DNA of 23,574 nucleotides from a virus (Duplodnaviria; Heunggongvirae; Uroviricota; Caudoviricetes): IMG/VR virus record IMGVR_UViG_3300029843_000030; one strand, 5' to 3'. Shown piece by piece: positions 15,875 to 23,574 of this stretch (position 1 is its first letter; each line of letters starts with the position of its first letter). The notes under the pieces were generated by a model. It saw only the letters and a program-made list of their open reading frames with translations, ran no database searches and was not told where the DNA came from. The position numbers and the translations under genes were made by a program.

Positions 15875-16741
15875 TCATCGTAAAACATCCTCCACACCAA
15901 CCAGTCCGTTCTGCTTCAGATATTCCATCGCCTTATCAGGTAGATTGCTTGATTTATTGACGCTTTTTAACGAACTGGCTAATCGCTTAACCAACATTGT
16001 TAATTCGTTAACCTGTTTTCCGGATGCTTGTGGATTGTCAGTTTTACCAGAAGTGGCGGTACAGTCGGCGTTCCCACTCTTCTCCTCCTGCGACGGTTTT
16101 GCTGCAATCTGACTGGCATGTTTGTTAATGGTAACGATCAGCTCTTGCTCAGCCTCATCAAGACAATCACTGATACCTCGCCTGTCACCGTCAAAATCAT
16201 CGAAATCGGCGCGAACCCTGGCAAACTTCAGGATTGCAGACAACACCTCACCAGGAATTACCGGAGAGTTGGTTGACGTTTCCGAGATTTTCCGAAAATT
16301 ATTGGTTGACGAATCCTTGTTTTCCCGAAAGCTTCCTGACTGAAGCATGGCTTCGCGGCAATCGTTCCATCCTTCAGCATAATCACTATACGCAAGAGGC
16401 CAACCTCTTATGTATTCACGCGGCAACTTATCAGGCACTACCAGCGCTGGCGATGCTGCATAAAGTGGTGTTATTTCTGCCCGAAAGTCACCTACTTTAT
16501 GCAGTCGCACCCACCGTTTGGCTTCTGCTTTGTCAGAATACATAGCGGTGAACGTATTATATTCATGGTCAATTTGCGTGAAGGTTGCCTTCCACGCCAC
16601 CGGCTCAGCTTCCAGCGATGCCAGTGCAATTTTGAATAACTCACCCTCTATCCGTGCCATCCCTGAATTGGGGTGACATTTCGTAATCGCTATTTTTAAT
16701 TTGGCCTCTTCGATTAATTGTTCTTTGGTTAATTCAGCCAT
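15875..16741 (-). CDS. Hypothetical protein (288 aa): globular N-terminal region, S/T/N-rich low-complexity linker, helical C-terminus
   Basis: ATG preceded by a GC hairpin (CCGCCC-TTTC-GGGCGG). No recognised motif. Convergent with the TA module. Confidence 0.55.
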   Translation of the reverse strand: MAELTKEQLIEEAKLKIAITKCHPNSGMARIEGELFKIALASLEAEPVAWKATFTQIDHEYNTFTAMYSDKAEAKRWVRLHKVGDFRAEITPLYAASPALVVPDKLPREYIRGWPLAYSDYAEGWNDCREAMLQSGSFRENKDSSTNNFRKISETSTNSPVIPGEVLSAILKFARVRADFDDFDGDRRGISDCLDEAEQELIVTINKHASQIAAKPSQEEKSGNADCTATSGKTDNPQASGKQVNELTMLVKRLASSLKSVNKSSNLPDKAMEYLKQNGLVGVEDVLR

Positions 16742-17007
16742 TTTTCATTACCGCCCTTTCGGGCGGCCTCCTGATGTTCTGAGGGTGCAGAAATCCCTCC
16801 GGTTAAGGATTAAATTTTTAACAGTGCTAAATTTAATTATTCAGTTCTGGATTTTGTCGCTCTGCGTATCCGCGCTTTTGCGTTACGCTCAATCTGAATT
16901 AGCTTTTCTATATTTTTCCGCCTTTCCCGTTCCTCCTGACGCAATAGCCTTACATCATCTGCCAGTCTGGTTTCTCTTTTCGCCACAGAGAGCATCCAGT
17001 CAAACGG

Positions 17008-17193
17008 CTACACAACTGCACCGCAGATTTTACAGCGGACCTGACGCTCTTTTTCATCAACCCTGACAGAAGCGTGATGGCAATATGGTCTTTCCGATGG
17101 CTCATAAAGAAAATTAACCTGATTACGTGGGTCATCTTCTTTTACCGGAAATAAAACAATATTACTTAACTCATCTTCTGGTTTTATTTCCAC
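17008..17193 (-). CDS. Small putative zinc-ribbon protein (61 aa from GTG with AAGGAGA Shine-Dalgarno)
   Basis: ...PYCHHASVRVDEKERQVRCKICGAVV (C/H-x...CxxC). The track ORF 17008-17226 begins at an upstream alternative start; the internal GTG has the strong Shine-Dalgarno. Confidence 0.4.
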   Translation of the reverse strand: MEIKPEDELSNIVLFPVKEDDPRNQVNFLYEPSERPYCHHASVRVDEKERQVRCKICGAVV

Positions 17194-17194
17194 G

Positions 17195-17485
17195 TCACTC
17201 TCCTTTGATGCGAATGCCAGCAACACGTAGTGCGCGCTCTAAATCAGCCACCTTAGGTATCATGACATGGCGCTCATCAGCATTTATCGGGTGTCCATAT
17301 CGAAGTTCATAGCCAGCCGGTAGCTGGACTTCCCTTGCCTCCAGTTCTGCAATGCGCTTGTCTTTGGCTTCCAGTTCATCAAGAACCTTTTTGATGGCTG
17401 GTGAATGTGTCGTATAACTCGCAGCCGGACCGGCAAGCATTATCCTGAGCTGCGTTTTCGCTTTTTCCGTGTTCATTTGGTTCAT
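17195..17485 (-). CDS. Hypothetical protein (96 aa) with central coiled coil
   Basis: MNQMNTEKAKTQLRIMLAGPAASYTTHSPAIKKVLDELEAKDKRIAELEAREVQLPAGYELRYGHPINADERHVMIPKVADLERALRVAGIRIKGE. AAGG Shine-Dalgarno. No family recognised. Confidence 0.5.
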   Translation of the reverse strand: MNQMNTEKAKTQLRIMLAGPAASYTTHSPAIKKVLDELEAKDKRIAELEAREVQLPAGYELRYGHPINADERHVMIPKVADLERALRVAGIRIKGE

Positions 17486-17683
17486 TACCTTATTTAGTGG
17501 CTATATTCCCCAATAGAACGTTAGTATACGCTGCATAACTTCGCTTTCCCGGCACTCACGGCAAATCATGTTCTGACGCCTGTCGTAACGACGTATTTCT
17601 CCATCAGGTAATGACCAGATAAGGTCCGGATCAACCGCAGATGGTTTCTTCAGCTTTGCCCTTGAGAGCTTTTTACGGGCATT

Positions 17684-17905
17684 TTACCAATCCTTACGCG
17701 CCTGTTCAGACGGGAATAACCCGTAACCAGAGTTGTATACATCGCCACTGGCAACCAGCTCTCTGGCCAGAACGCTCATCAGATATCTTGTTGCCCCAGT
17801 TTTAGCTTCCAGTTGTCGTAACGTCTCGCGTCCACTCTGGCGTACGAGTTCAACAACCAGCCCTTTAATTTTTTCCCGCTCTTCCTGTGTAAATACTTTT
17901 GCCAT
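17684..17905 (-). CDS. Hypothetical small protein (73 aa from internal ATG with GGAGG Shine-Dalgarno)
   Basis: MAKVFTQEEREKIKGLVVELVRQSGRETLRQLEAKTGATRYLMSVLARELVASGDVYNSGYGLFPSEQARKDW; possibly HTH-like. Confidence 0.45.
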   Translation of the reverse strand: MAKVFTQEEREKIKGLVVELVRQSGRETLRQLEAKTGATRYLMSVLARELVASGDVYNSGYGLFPSEQARKDW

Positions 17906-17920
17906 AAGCGCCTCCGGCAA

Positions 17921-18520
17921 TCACTTTTCCGATACAACACGGCGGGAAGAATCAGTAATCTGTCGAACAATATCCCGGTGCTTGTTCAGCTCCCGCAGCG
18001 CGGCGCAGACTCGCTCCCACTTCTGGACATGATTTTTCGCCCGACGCAGTTCACGGTTTGCCATATGCAGCGATGGTAAAATCAGGTTATCCGCTTGCGT
18101 TTCAGTAAACGATGGCAACGACTGCACAATGTCCCCCACAGTATCTGTTTTAATTTCTTCCTGTGTTGCCGCTTCCTGTACTGGTAACGCAACACCGGCT
18201 GGCTGAGAAAAGGCTTTACCAGGTGTTTTCGCTACCGATACAACTTTCGGCTCTGCTGGTAAATTTTCCCCGGTTTCTTTTACCAGCATCCACTTACACC
18301 CCTTCCCCTGTCCCAGCTTAATCGCCATGCCATCGCGGCAAAGCTTTTCCATCGCAGAAACCAGCGACCTGACGCAATCAGCACGCCCCACAGCAATTGC
18401 AATCTCAGCGGTGGTCATTGCCCCACCATGAACAAGTGTGGACAGGATGTCGCAGCGTTTCAGTGGCTCACGCTCTTTTCTGCTGACCACCGGATGGGAT
18501 TTTCTTTCCACTTTACACAC
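17921..18520 (-). CDS. Hypothetical protein (199 aa), possible winged-helix DNA-binding protein; not DnaC-like
   Basis: GTG start. MTTAEIAIAVGRADCVRSLVSAMEKLCRDGMAIKLGQGKG resembles a winged helix. No Walker A motif. Occupies the position of a P/DnaC-type replication partner. Confidence 0.45.
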   Translation of the reverse strand: MCKVERKSHPVVSRKEREPLKRCDILSTLVHGGAMTTAEIAIAVGRADCVRSLVSAMEKLCRDGMAIKLGQGKGCKWMLVKETGENLPAEPKVVSVAKTPGKAFSQPAGVALPVQEAATQEEIKTDTVGDIVQSLPSFTETQADNLILPSLHMANRELRRAKNHVQKWERVCAALRELNKHRDIVRQITDSSRRVVSEK

Positions 18521-18522
18521 CG

Positions 18523-18714
18523 TTACTTTTTTTCTTTCACGCCCGTTTGTCGTTCTGAAACAGACCAGTAACCATTAACCGACACAACTTCTCCCAGCTC
18601 TTCGTACTCCCTCAGCATTTTAATCGCCTCTGCAGGTTCAATGCCCAAACTGGCAGCAAGCTCGGTGCACGTCACCTTTTGCATCGCTTTTAACGTATCA
18701 ATCAACGTTTTCAT
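18523..18714 (-). CDS. Small winged-helix/HTH-like protein (63 aa from internal ATG with GGGAGA Shine-Dalgarno)
   Basis: MKTLIDTLKAMQKVTCTELAASLGIEPAEAIKMLREYEELGEVVSVNGYWSV. Coordinates here may be off by 1 because of homopolymer runs. Confidence 0.45.
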   Translation of the reverse strand: MKTLIDTLKAMQKVTCTELAASLGIEPAEAIKMLREYEELGEVVSVNGYWSVSERQTGVKEKK

Positions 18715-18758
18715 CAAAATTTCTCCCGTTAAAATCATTTACCAATCTCAAACCAAAC

Positions 18759-19721
18759 TTATCCCCTGAACCCTGGCGGAATTTCGGTGTCCGGTTCAGA
18801 AATGTGATTCACACAACGCTGTACAGGCGAACGTCCCAGACGAATAACCAGCTCATCCCATTTTTCGCGAAGCTTTGACGGGCTCATGACGTTTTTTACC
18901 CAGAATGGATCCCGTTGTACCCGACTGAACATTTCGCAAATTTGCCTGTGAGTTCTGCCATCCAGCATCCGCATTGTGCGCACGTCATTGGCCCATGCGG
19001 TCCAGTTGGGTTCTTTCGGTCGCGTAATCTCGCCATCATCGCTGGCAGCCTGTTCGTAAAGACTCACGATTCGCCACCAGATCCACTGCGCACACGTCAA
19101 ATCTTCCTGAGTTCCCCACTGGCGTTTTTTCACACTGAACACAACCGCATCAGGATGACGGGTTAAAAACGCCTGTTCAGCTGTCTTCTCGTCCGGTTGC
19201 GAAGTTTCCGGACAAGAAGATCTTTTATCTGACGGATCAGGTTTTAATACTGACGGATCGGGGCCAACCATCGCCCCCCTAACCGGCTGTTTTTTATCAA
19301 CGGTTGATCCATCAGAATTTGACGGGTCAACCGTTGAGGGGTCAATATTTGACGGGTCAACGGTTAGCGGGTCATTTTTTGCCGGGTTAATTTTTCTTTT
19401 CGGTTTATATGCCTCACGCGCCGCCGCTGCTGCTGCTTCGAGTTTTTCCACATTAAGACGGTAGATATTGCTTTCATTACGCCCACCGACCTTACGTTCC
19501 TCCTTCGTCAGCCAGCCGTTCTTTTCCAGTTCAGCTATCGCAGCTTTAACCGTTGATTCACTCTTTGCCCCAATCTGACGACGAATGGTCTCCACTGCAG
19601 GCCATGACACACCTTCGTCATTGCTGTAGTCTGCAAGGCGAGCCATTACTGCCACTCTGGATAAGATCATGCCTGTGAAGGCACACCCTTCCCAGACAAG
19701 ACCATGAAGCTTACTGCTCAT
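18759..19721 (-). CDS. Replication initiator-like protein (YdaU-position, O-like) with N-terminal winged helix and internal iterons
   Basis: N-terminal SWPAVETIRRQIGAKSESTVKAAIAELEKNGWL. The central region encodes a DPxxVDPSN-type peptide repeat that coincides with DNA iterons. Third gene of the ydaS-ydaT-ydaU-like operon. Confidence 0.6.
   Translation of the reverse strand: MSSKLHGLVWEGCAFTGMILSRVAVMARLADYSNDEGVSWPAVETIRRQIGAKSESTVKAAIAELEKNGWLTKEERKVGGRNESNIYRLNVEKLEAAAAAAREAYKPKRKINPAKNDPLTVDPSNIDPSTVDPSNSDGSTVDKKQPVRGAMVGPDPSVLKPDPSDKRSSCPETSQPDEKTAEQAFLTRHPDAVVFSVKKRQWGTQEDLTCAQWIWWRIVSLYEQAASDDGEITRPKEPNWTAWANDVRTMRMLDGRTHRQICEMFSRVQRDPFWVKNVMSPSKLREKWDELVIRLGRSPVQRCVNHISEPDTEIPPGFRG
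19295..19400. repeat. Putative origin iterons within the initiator gene, adjacent to an AT-rich stretch
   Basis: Repeats of the type TTTGACGGGTCAACCGTTGA / TTTGACGGGTCAACGGTTAG / TTTGCCGGGTTAA followed by tttttcttttcggtttatat. Confidence 0.6.
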
Positions 19722-19744
19722 AAAAAACCCCGAACACCGTGCTT

Positions 19745-20170
19745 TTAGTGCATCACCACGGCATTTCCCGCCGGGCCACCACGATTCATCTGATTGAAGC
19801 CAGCGATCGCCACTGCGACAAAATCATCGGCGTCTCTCACCAGCCGTTCCCGCGACTCCACCAGCTCCCGAAACCAGGCTGAACTGTGACTGCGCATTCG
19901 GGCCACCAGCAGAGGCGGCATTGCCTTTTCGATCGCAGGCAACAACGCCTGAATTTTTTTAACCGCATCAGGAGTGTCTTTCTCCACCCAGCGGAAAATT
20001 TTCTGGGTATTGCGAGCCAGGGCTTCCGGATGGCTGTCGTCATACAGTTCCGGGAACGTAATTCCCAGTTCGAAATACGCTTTGGTAATTTTCGCAGCCG
20101 GTACTTTCTCGCCGTCTGGATGCGCCCAGGCATTCATCGCCATGCGGATGTGCTCATGTTTGATTTTCAT
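19745..20170 (-). CDS. ydaT: YdaT-like protein (CII-position gene of Rac-type immunity regions)
   Basis: 141 aa starting MKIKHEHI..., as remembered for Rac YdaT. Overlaps the upstream ydaS-like gene by ~17 nt. Confidence 0.6.
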   Translation of the reverse strand: MKIKHEHIRMAMNAWAHPDGEKVPAAKITKAYFELGITFPELYDDSHPEALARNTQKIFRWVEKDTPDAVKKIQALLPAIEKAMPPLLVARMRSHSSAWFRELVESRERLVRDADDFVAVAIAGFNQMNRGGPAGNAVVMH

Positions 20171-20477
20171 GAATCATTTGCCTCTTGATGCTTCGGGTAT
20201 GATCGTTTTCGTCATTTGGTTGCTTCATCGACATATTCTGCGAATAACATGACGAGCGTCGTAAGTATGTCCAATCAACATCAGGACGAAGTTCTTCACA
20301 CAGGACACCACCTTTTGTTGCTCGTTCAATCGCAGGACATCTCTCAGCAGGCAACTGACGTACACCTTTGATCCATTGATTTACGCTTGGAGGAGATACA
20401 CCTAAAAGCCTAGCCATTGCTGATTGCCCACCGACAACAGCACAAGCTCGTTTGAATGAATAGTTATCTTTTTTCAT
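20154..20477 (-). CDS. ydaS: YdaS-like Cro-type HTH protein
   Basis: From the internal ATG: MKKDNYSFKRACAVVGGQSAMARLLGVSPPSVNQWIKGVRQLPAERCPAIERATKGGVLCEELRPDVDWTYL, nearly identical in pattern to K-12 YdaS as remembered. Divergent from the repressor gene. Confidence 0.75.
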   Translation of the reverse strand: MKKDNYSFKRACAVVGGQSAMARLLGVSPPSVNQWIKGVRQLPAERCPAIERATKGGVLCEELRPDVDWTYLRRSSCYSQNMSMKQPNDENDHTRSIKRQMIHENQT

Positions 20478-20601
20478 CGAATGAACTCCAAAAAACACGC
20501 AACAATATTAGGCTTAGCCTAATGCAATTGTCAATAGGCTATGCCTAATACATCGAGAGTAGGGATTGCCTAACGCGATGCGCATAGGAGACTATTAAGC
20601 A
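20478..20601. promoter_or_regulatory. Divergent promoter/operator region between the repressor and ydaS-like genes with TAGGC-N3-GCCTA palindromes
   Basis: Perfect 17-bp palindrome ATTAGGCTTAGCCTAAT (~20507-20523), near-palindrome TAGGCTATGCCTA (~20536-20548) and half-site TGCCTAA (~20566). Confidence 0.6.
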
Positions 20602-21078
20602 ATGCTTAGTGGTAAAGACTTAGGCCGAGCGATAGAGCAGGCCATTAACAAAAAAATTGCATCAGGAGCCGTCAAATCAAAGGCGGAAATCGCACGTCAT
20701 TTCAAAGTCCAACCACCATCAATCCATGACTGGATTAAGAAAGGTTCGATAAGTAAAGACAAACTTCCAGAACTATGGCGTTTCTTTTCTGATGTGGTTG
20801 GTCCAGAGCATTGGGGGCTTAACGAATACCCCATACCAACCCCATCCACTTCAGATACAAAAAGTGAACTTTTAGACATAAACAGCCTTTATCAAGCCGC
20901 CTCTGATGAAAAAAGAGCAATTGTGGCTTTCCTCTTATCTGGAAATGCTACGGAGCCTAGTTGGGTTGATCATGACGTTCGCGCCTACATTGCCGCAATG
21001 GAAATGAAGGTAGCTAACTATCTGAAAAATCAAGAATCAAAACGGAAAAGCCAGAACATCACCAAGACAGGAACTTAA
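20602..21078 (+). CDS. racR: Prophage repressor, RacR-like (158 aa)
   Basis: Divergent from the ydaS-like gene across the operator region; same length as K-12 RacR (from memory). N-terminal helix-rich region. Confidence 0.6.
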   Translation: MLSGKDLGRAIEQAINKKIASGAVKSKAEIARHFKVQPPSIHDWIKKGSISKDKLPELWRFFSDVVGPEHWGLNEYPIPTPSTSDTKSELLDINSLYQAASDEKRAIVAFLLSGNATEPSWVDHDVRAYIAAMEMKVANYLKNQESKRKSQNITKTGT

Positions 21079-21149
21079 ACTTATATGGTCCGACGGGAAA
21101 TTCCTAGTTCCCGTTAGTTAACTCCTACTACCTCTCCCACAAACCATCA

Positions 21150-21205
21150 CCTATTAGGTCGCGCCCAAATTATTAGGCATAGCCTATTGACAAGTAATTA
21201 GGCAC
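21150..21205. promoter_or_regulatory. Second operator cluster (OL-like) downstream of the repressor gene
   Basis: TAGGCATAGCCTA near-palindrome (~21173-21185) plus ATTAGG half-sites (~21153, ~21197), same motif as in 20478-20601. Confidence 0.45.
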
Positions 21206-21396
21206 TTCCTATAGTTTTCCCATACCACCCCATCCCGTCCCACACAATACAGGGCAATACCTCGAGTTACCAGGCAGTGGTCAGGGGTTAAGTAGCCAGC
21301 CCGATGCGTAAGAACATGACGGCAGGGTTCAACTTTAATAACTATGCAGCAGGTTTTTGTTCCGCTACCCCGGCGTTAAGGGGAAATGAGGTCAGC

Positions 21397-21549
21397 ATGG
21401 ATACTATCGATCTTGGCAACAGCGAATCTCTGGTATGTGGCGTGTTCCCCAACCAGGACGGTACGTTTACCGCGATGACGTATACCAGAAGCAAAACGTT
21501 TAAAACTGAAGCTGGCGCGCGTCGCTGGTTAACCAGAAACACTGACTGA
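21397..21549 (+). CDS. Small protein (50 aa), YdfA/YdaF-like by position and size
   Basis: MDTIDLGNSESLVCGVFPNQDGTFTAMTYTRSKTFKTEAGARRWLTRNTD with GAGG Shine-Dalgarno. First gene after the repressor in the dicB-type operon. Confidence 0.5.
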   Translation: MDTIDLGNSESLVCGVFPNQDGTFTAMTYTRSKTFKTEAGARRWLTRNTD

Positions 21550-21560
21550 TGAGGTTGACG

Positions 21561-21935
21561 ATGGAATTTAAAGATTTACCAGTACCATTCCAGGAAATGG
21601 CATCGAATGTGGTTCGCTCTCAACTGGCGACTCTTGACCTGAGTACCGTAGAAAAAGAAACCATCGACAATATATCCGGTAACGTACGCCGAGCCTTTAT
21701 CGGGCTGTACGAAGAGAAGCAGCTCTCTGATAACCAGGATTTACATGAAAAATACTTTCTGGAATTAATGGACATCATTAATAAAGGATTTGGCTTGTTA
21801 ATGAAAAAGAAAGGGATTCGAATAGCTCCCCTTGAAAATCATTTTACAGCAAGCAGTATTAATTCCTGTGATTTAAAGCATCACACATCCGATGGGAAAG
21901 TTGAATCAAACAACAAAATATCAATTAATCATTAA
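21561..21935 (+). CDS. Hypothetical protein (124 aa) in the dicB-type operon
   Basis: ATG with GAGG Shine-Dalgarno, overlapping the stop of the previous gene. No TM segment. Does not match remembered YdfB/YdfC or SieB sizes. Confidence 0.5.
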   Translation: MEFKDLPVPFQEMASNVVRSQLATLDLSTVEKETIDNISGNVRRAFIGLYEEKQLSDNQDLHEKYFLELMDIINKGFGLLMKKKGIRIAPLENHFTASSINSCDLKHHTSDGKVESNNKISINH

Positions 21936-22240
21936 TTTATTCACAGGTGAGGTGGAGTGCGTGCGCCGGACACGGGTGAGCATCCGGCACTGACAGTTTA
22001 CTGAAAGGATATTTCCCTGAAAAGTCAGACCATAACGCGAAAGCGCACAGCGAGGTAGCTGGTTCATAGATAGCCTGTCGTTAAATTTTCGTCGACCGTG
22101 CGCTTCCGGTTGTGGCAATCCGCGAAATGGCGCGGCGGTAAGTATGGCGGGGTTATTCCTTCCCCCGTTGAGGACACCGGGTTGTCAGGTTGACCATACG
22201 CTTAAGTGACAACCCCGCTGCAACGCCCTCTGTTATCAAT

Positions 22241-22298
22241 TTTCTGGTGACGTTTGGCGGTATCAGTTTTACTCCGTGACTGCTCTGCCGCCCTTTTT
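22241..22298 (+). ncRNA. dicF: DicF small RNA (53-nt mature form plus U-tail)
   Basis: tttctggtgacgtttggcggtatcagttttactccgtgactgctctgccgccc followed by ttttt matches the remembered 53-nt DicF sequence. Lies ~170 nt upstream of the dicB-like gene on the same strand. Confidence 0.8.
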
Positions 22299-22302
22299 AA
22301 AG

Positions 22303-22450
22303 TGAATTTTGTGATGCGGTGAATGCGGCTGAGCGCACGCGGAACAGTTAAAACCAAAAACAGTGTTATGGGTGGATTCTCTGTATCCGGCGTTAATTGT
22401 TAACTGGTTAACGTCACCTGGAGGCACCAGGCACCGCATCACAAAATTCA
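22303..22450. repeat. Perfect 19-bp inverted repeat pair (TGAATTTTGTGATGCGGTG / CACCGCATCACAAAATTCA) enclosing ~110 bp, between dicF and dicB
   Basis: Arms at ~22303-22321 and ~22432-22450. Interior contains GTTAAC-TG-GTTAAC. Right arm ends 18 nt before the dicB Shine-Dalgarno/ATG. Confidence 0.6.
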
Positions 22451-22467
22451 TTGTTGAGGACGCGATA

Positions 22468-22656
22468 ATGGAAACGTTATTACCAAACGTTAATACGTCT
22501 GAAGGTTGTTTTGAAATTGGTGTCACTATCAGTAACCCTGTATTTACTGAAGATGCCATTAACAAGAGAAAACACGAACGGGAGCTATTAAATAAAATAT
22601 GCATTCTTTCAATGCTGGCCCGTTTACGTCCGATACAAAAAGGATGCTGGCAATGA
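22468..22656 (+). CDS. dicB: DicB-like cell-division inhibitor (62 aa)
   Basis: METLLPNVNTSEGCFEIGVTISNPVFTEDAINKRKHERELLNKICILSMLARLRPIQKGCWQ matches remembered DicB. GAGGA Shine-Dalgarno. Downstream of DicF. Confidence 0.8.
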   Translation: METLLPNVNTSEGCFEIGVTISNPVFTEDAINKRKHERELLNKICILSMLARLRPIQKGCWQ

Positions 22657-22844
22657 ATACAGCATTTGCACTTGTTCTGACAGTTTTTCTTGTTTCCGGA
22701 GAGCCAGTTGATATTGCAGTCAGTGTTCACAGGACAATGCAGGAGTGTGTGACTGCAGCAACCGAACAGAAAATTCCCGGTAACTGTTACCCGGTCGATA
22801 AAGTTATTCACCAGGATAATAACGAAATCCCGGCAGGTCTTTAA
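22653..22844 (+). CDS. ydfD: YdfD-like small protein (63 aa) with N-terminal hydrophobic segment
   Basis: MNTAFALVLTVFLVSGEPVDIAVSVHRTMQECVTAATEQKIPGNCYPVDKVIHQDNNEIPAGL. Start overlaps the dicB stop. Same size and position as K-12 YdfD (from memory). Confidence 0.6.
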   Translation: MNTAFALVLTVFLVSGEPVDIAVSVHRTMQECVTAATEQKIPGNCYPVDKVIHQDNNEIPAGL

Positions 22845-22936
22845 AACAGTTCCGTAATAAACATCCGATTTCATTCTTATATGCCAGCAATGGCAGGGAT
22901 TTGTTCACCCTTAAATCTGTAATGAGGTAAAACAAA

Positions 22937-23574
22937 ATGAGTAAAGTCTTTATTTGCGCCGCCATTCCGGACGAACAGGCAATAAAGGAAGAAGGTGCAG
23001 TCGCTGTAGCCACTGCCATTGAAGCCGGTGATGAACGTCGCGCCCGCGCAAAATTTCACTGGCAATTCCTGGAACATTATCCGGCTGCTCAGGACTGCGC
23101 TTATAAATTTATTATCTGCGGGGATAAACCTGGCATACCCCGCCCTGCCCTCGATTCATGGGATGCTGAATATATGCAGGAAAACCGCTGGGATGAGGAT
23201 TCTGCTTCTTTTGTCCCGGTTGAGACTGAATCCGATCTGATGAACGTCACTTTTGACAAGCTGGCCCCTGAAGTACAGAACGCTGTCATGGTTAAGTTCG
23301 ACACATGTGAAAACATCACCGTTGATATGGTGATTAGCGCGCAGGAATTGTTGCAGGAAGACATGGCAACATTCGACGGACATATCGTTGAAGCGTTGAT
23401 GAAAATGCCAGAAGTTAACGCCATGTATCCGGAGCTTAAGCTGCATGCCATCGGGTGGGTTAAGCATAAATGTAAACCTGGTGCCAAATGGCCCGAAATT
23501 CAGGCAGAGATGCGCATCTGGAAAAAACGTCGCGAAGGTGAACGCAAGGAAACCGGAAAATACACGTCTGTTGT
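22937..23574 (+). CDS. Hypothetical protein, 5' part only (>212 codons, runs off the window end)
   Basis: ATG at 22937 with GAGG Shine-Dalgarno; open to the window end (MSKVFICAAIPDEQAIKEEGAVAVATAIEAGDERRARAKFHWQF...). Not in the track because it has no in-window stop. Confidence 0.5.
   Translation, partial: MSKVFICAAIPDEQAIKEEGAVAVATAIEAGDERRARAKFHWQFLEHYPAAQDCAYKFIICGDKPGIPRPALDSWDAEYMQENRWDEDSASFVPVETESDLMNVTFDKLAPEVQNAVMVKFDTCENITVDMVISAQELLQEDMATFDGHIVEALMKMPEVNAMYPELKLHAIGWVKHKCKPGAKWPEIQAEMRIWKKRREGERKETGKYTSV

Noticed and set aside
17486-17683. Gene in the ~200-bp gap between the 96-aa and 73-aa ORFs
   Set aside because: Only 12- and 22-codon minus-strand fragments are present (the latter with a CRECRE motif); possibly a decayed gene remnant, but too short and unsupported to annotate.
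22269-22874. 201-aa Cys-rich minus-strand ORF
   Set aside because: Antisense to the DicF, dicB and ydfD-like features, with odd composition and no ribosome-binding site; judged spurious.
1-23574. Integrase, attachment sites, IS elements or transposases
   Set aside because: No ORF in the window has integrase or transposase hallmarks; the window appears to lie internal to the prophage, with only cos as a genome-end feature.

Overview
The window is a contiguous segment of a mosaic lambdoid prophage of E. coli type, spanning the immunity region through the late region, cos and the start of the packaging genes. All calls rest on manual translation, motif reading and remembered family features; no database search was possible, and hand-derived coordinates may be off by 1-2 nt near homopolymer runs. 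Plus strand, right end: a RacR-like repressor followed by a dicB-type operon (YdfA-like gene, a 124-aa gene, DicF sRNA, DicB, YdfD, and a partial ORF). Minus strand, from high to low coordinates: YdaS/YdaT-like Cro/CII analogues, a replication initiator with internal iterons, a nin-like region of small unknown genes with a ParD/ParE-like toxin-antitoxin pair inserted on the opposite strand, a DUF968 protein, RusA, a Q-like antiterminator with a tR'-like terminator, an AT-rich membrane-protein moron, three tRNAs, a cargo island of small genes including a TerB-like protein, two noncoding repeats, a frameshifted nanS-p-like esterase, a pinholin / 185-aa unknown / SAR-endolysin / antirepressor / Rz-Rz1 lysis cassette, a lambda-like cos site, and Nu1/gpA-like terminase genes. 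The best candidates for undescribed biology are the cargo island at the stx-equivalent position (9750-11017), the AT-rich membrane protein (11479-12198), the 185-aa gene coupled between holin and endolysin (5341-5898), and the unknown nin-region cluster (15875-17485). No CRISPR array, integrase, transposase or stx genes were seen.
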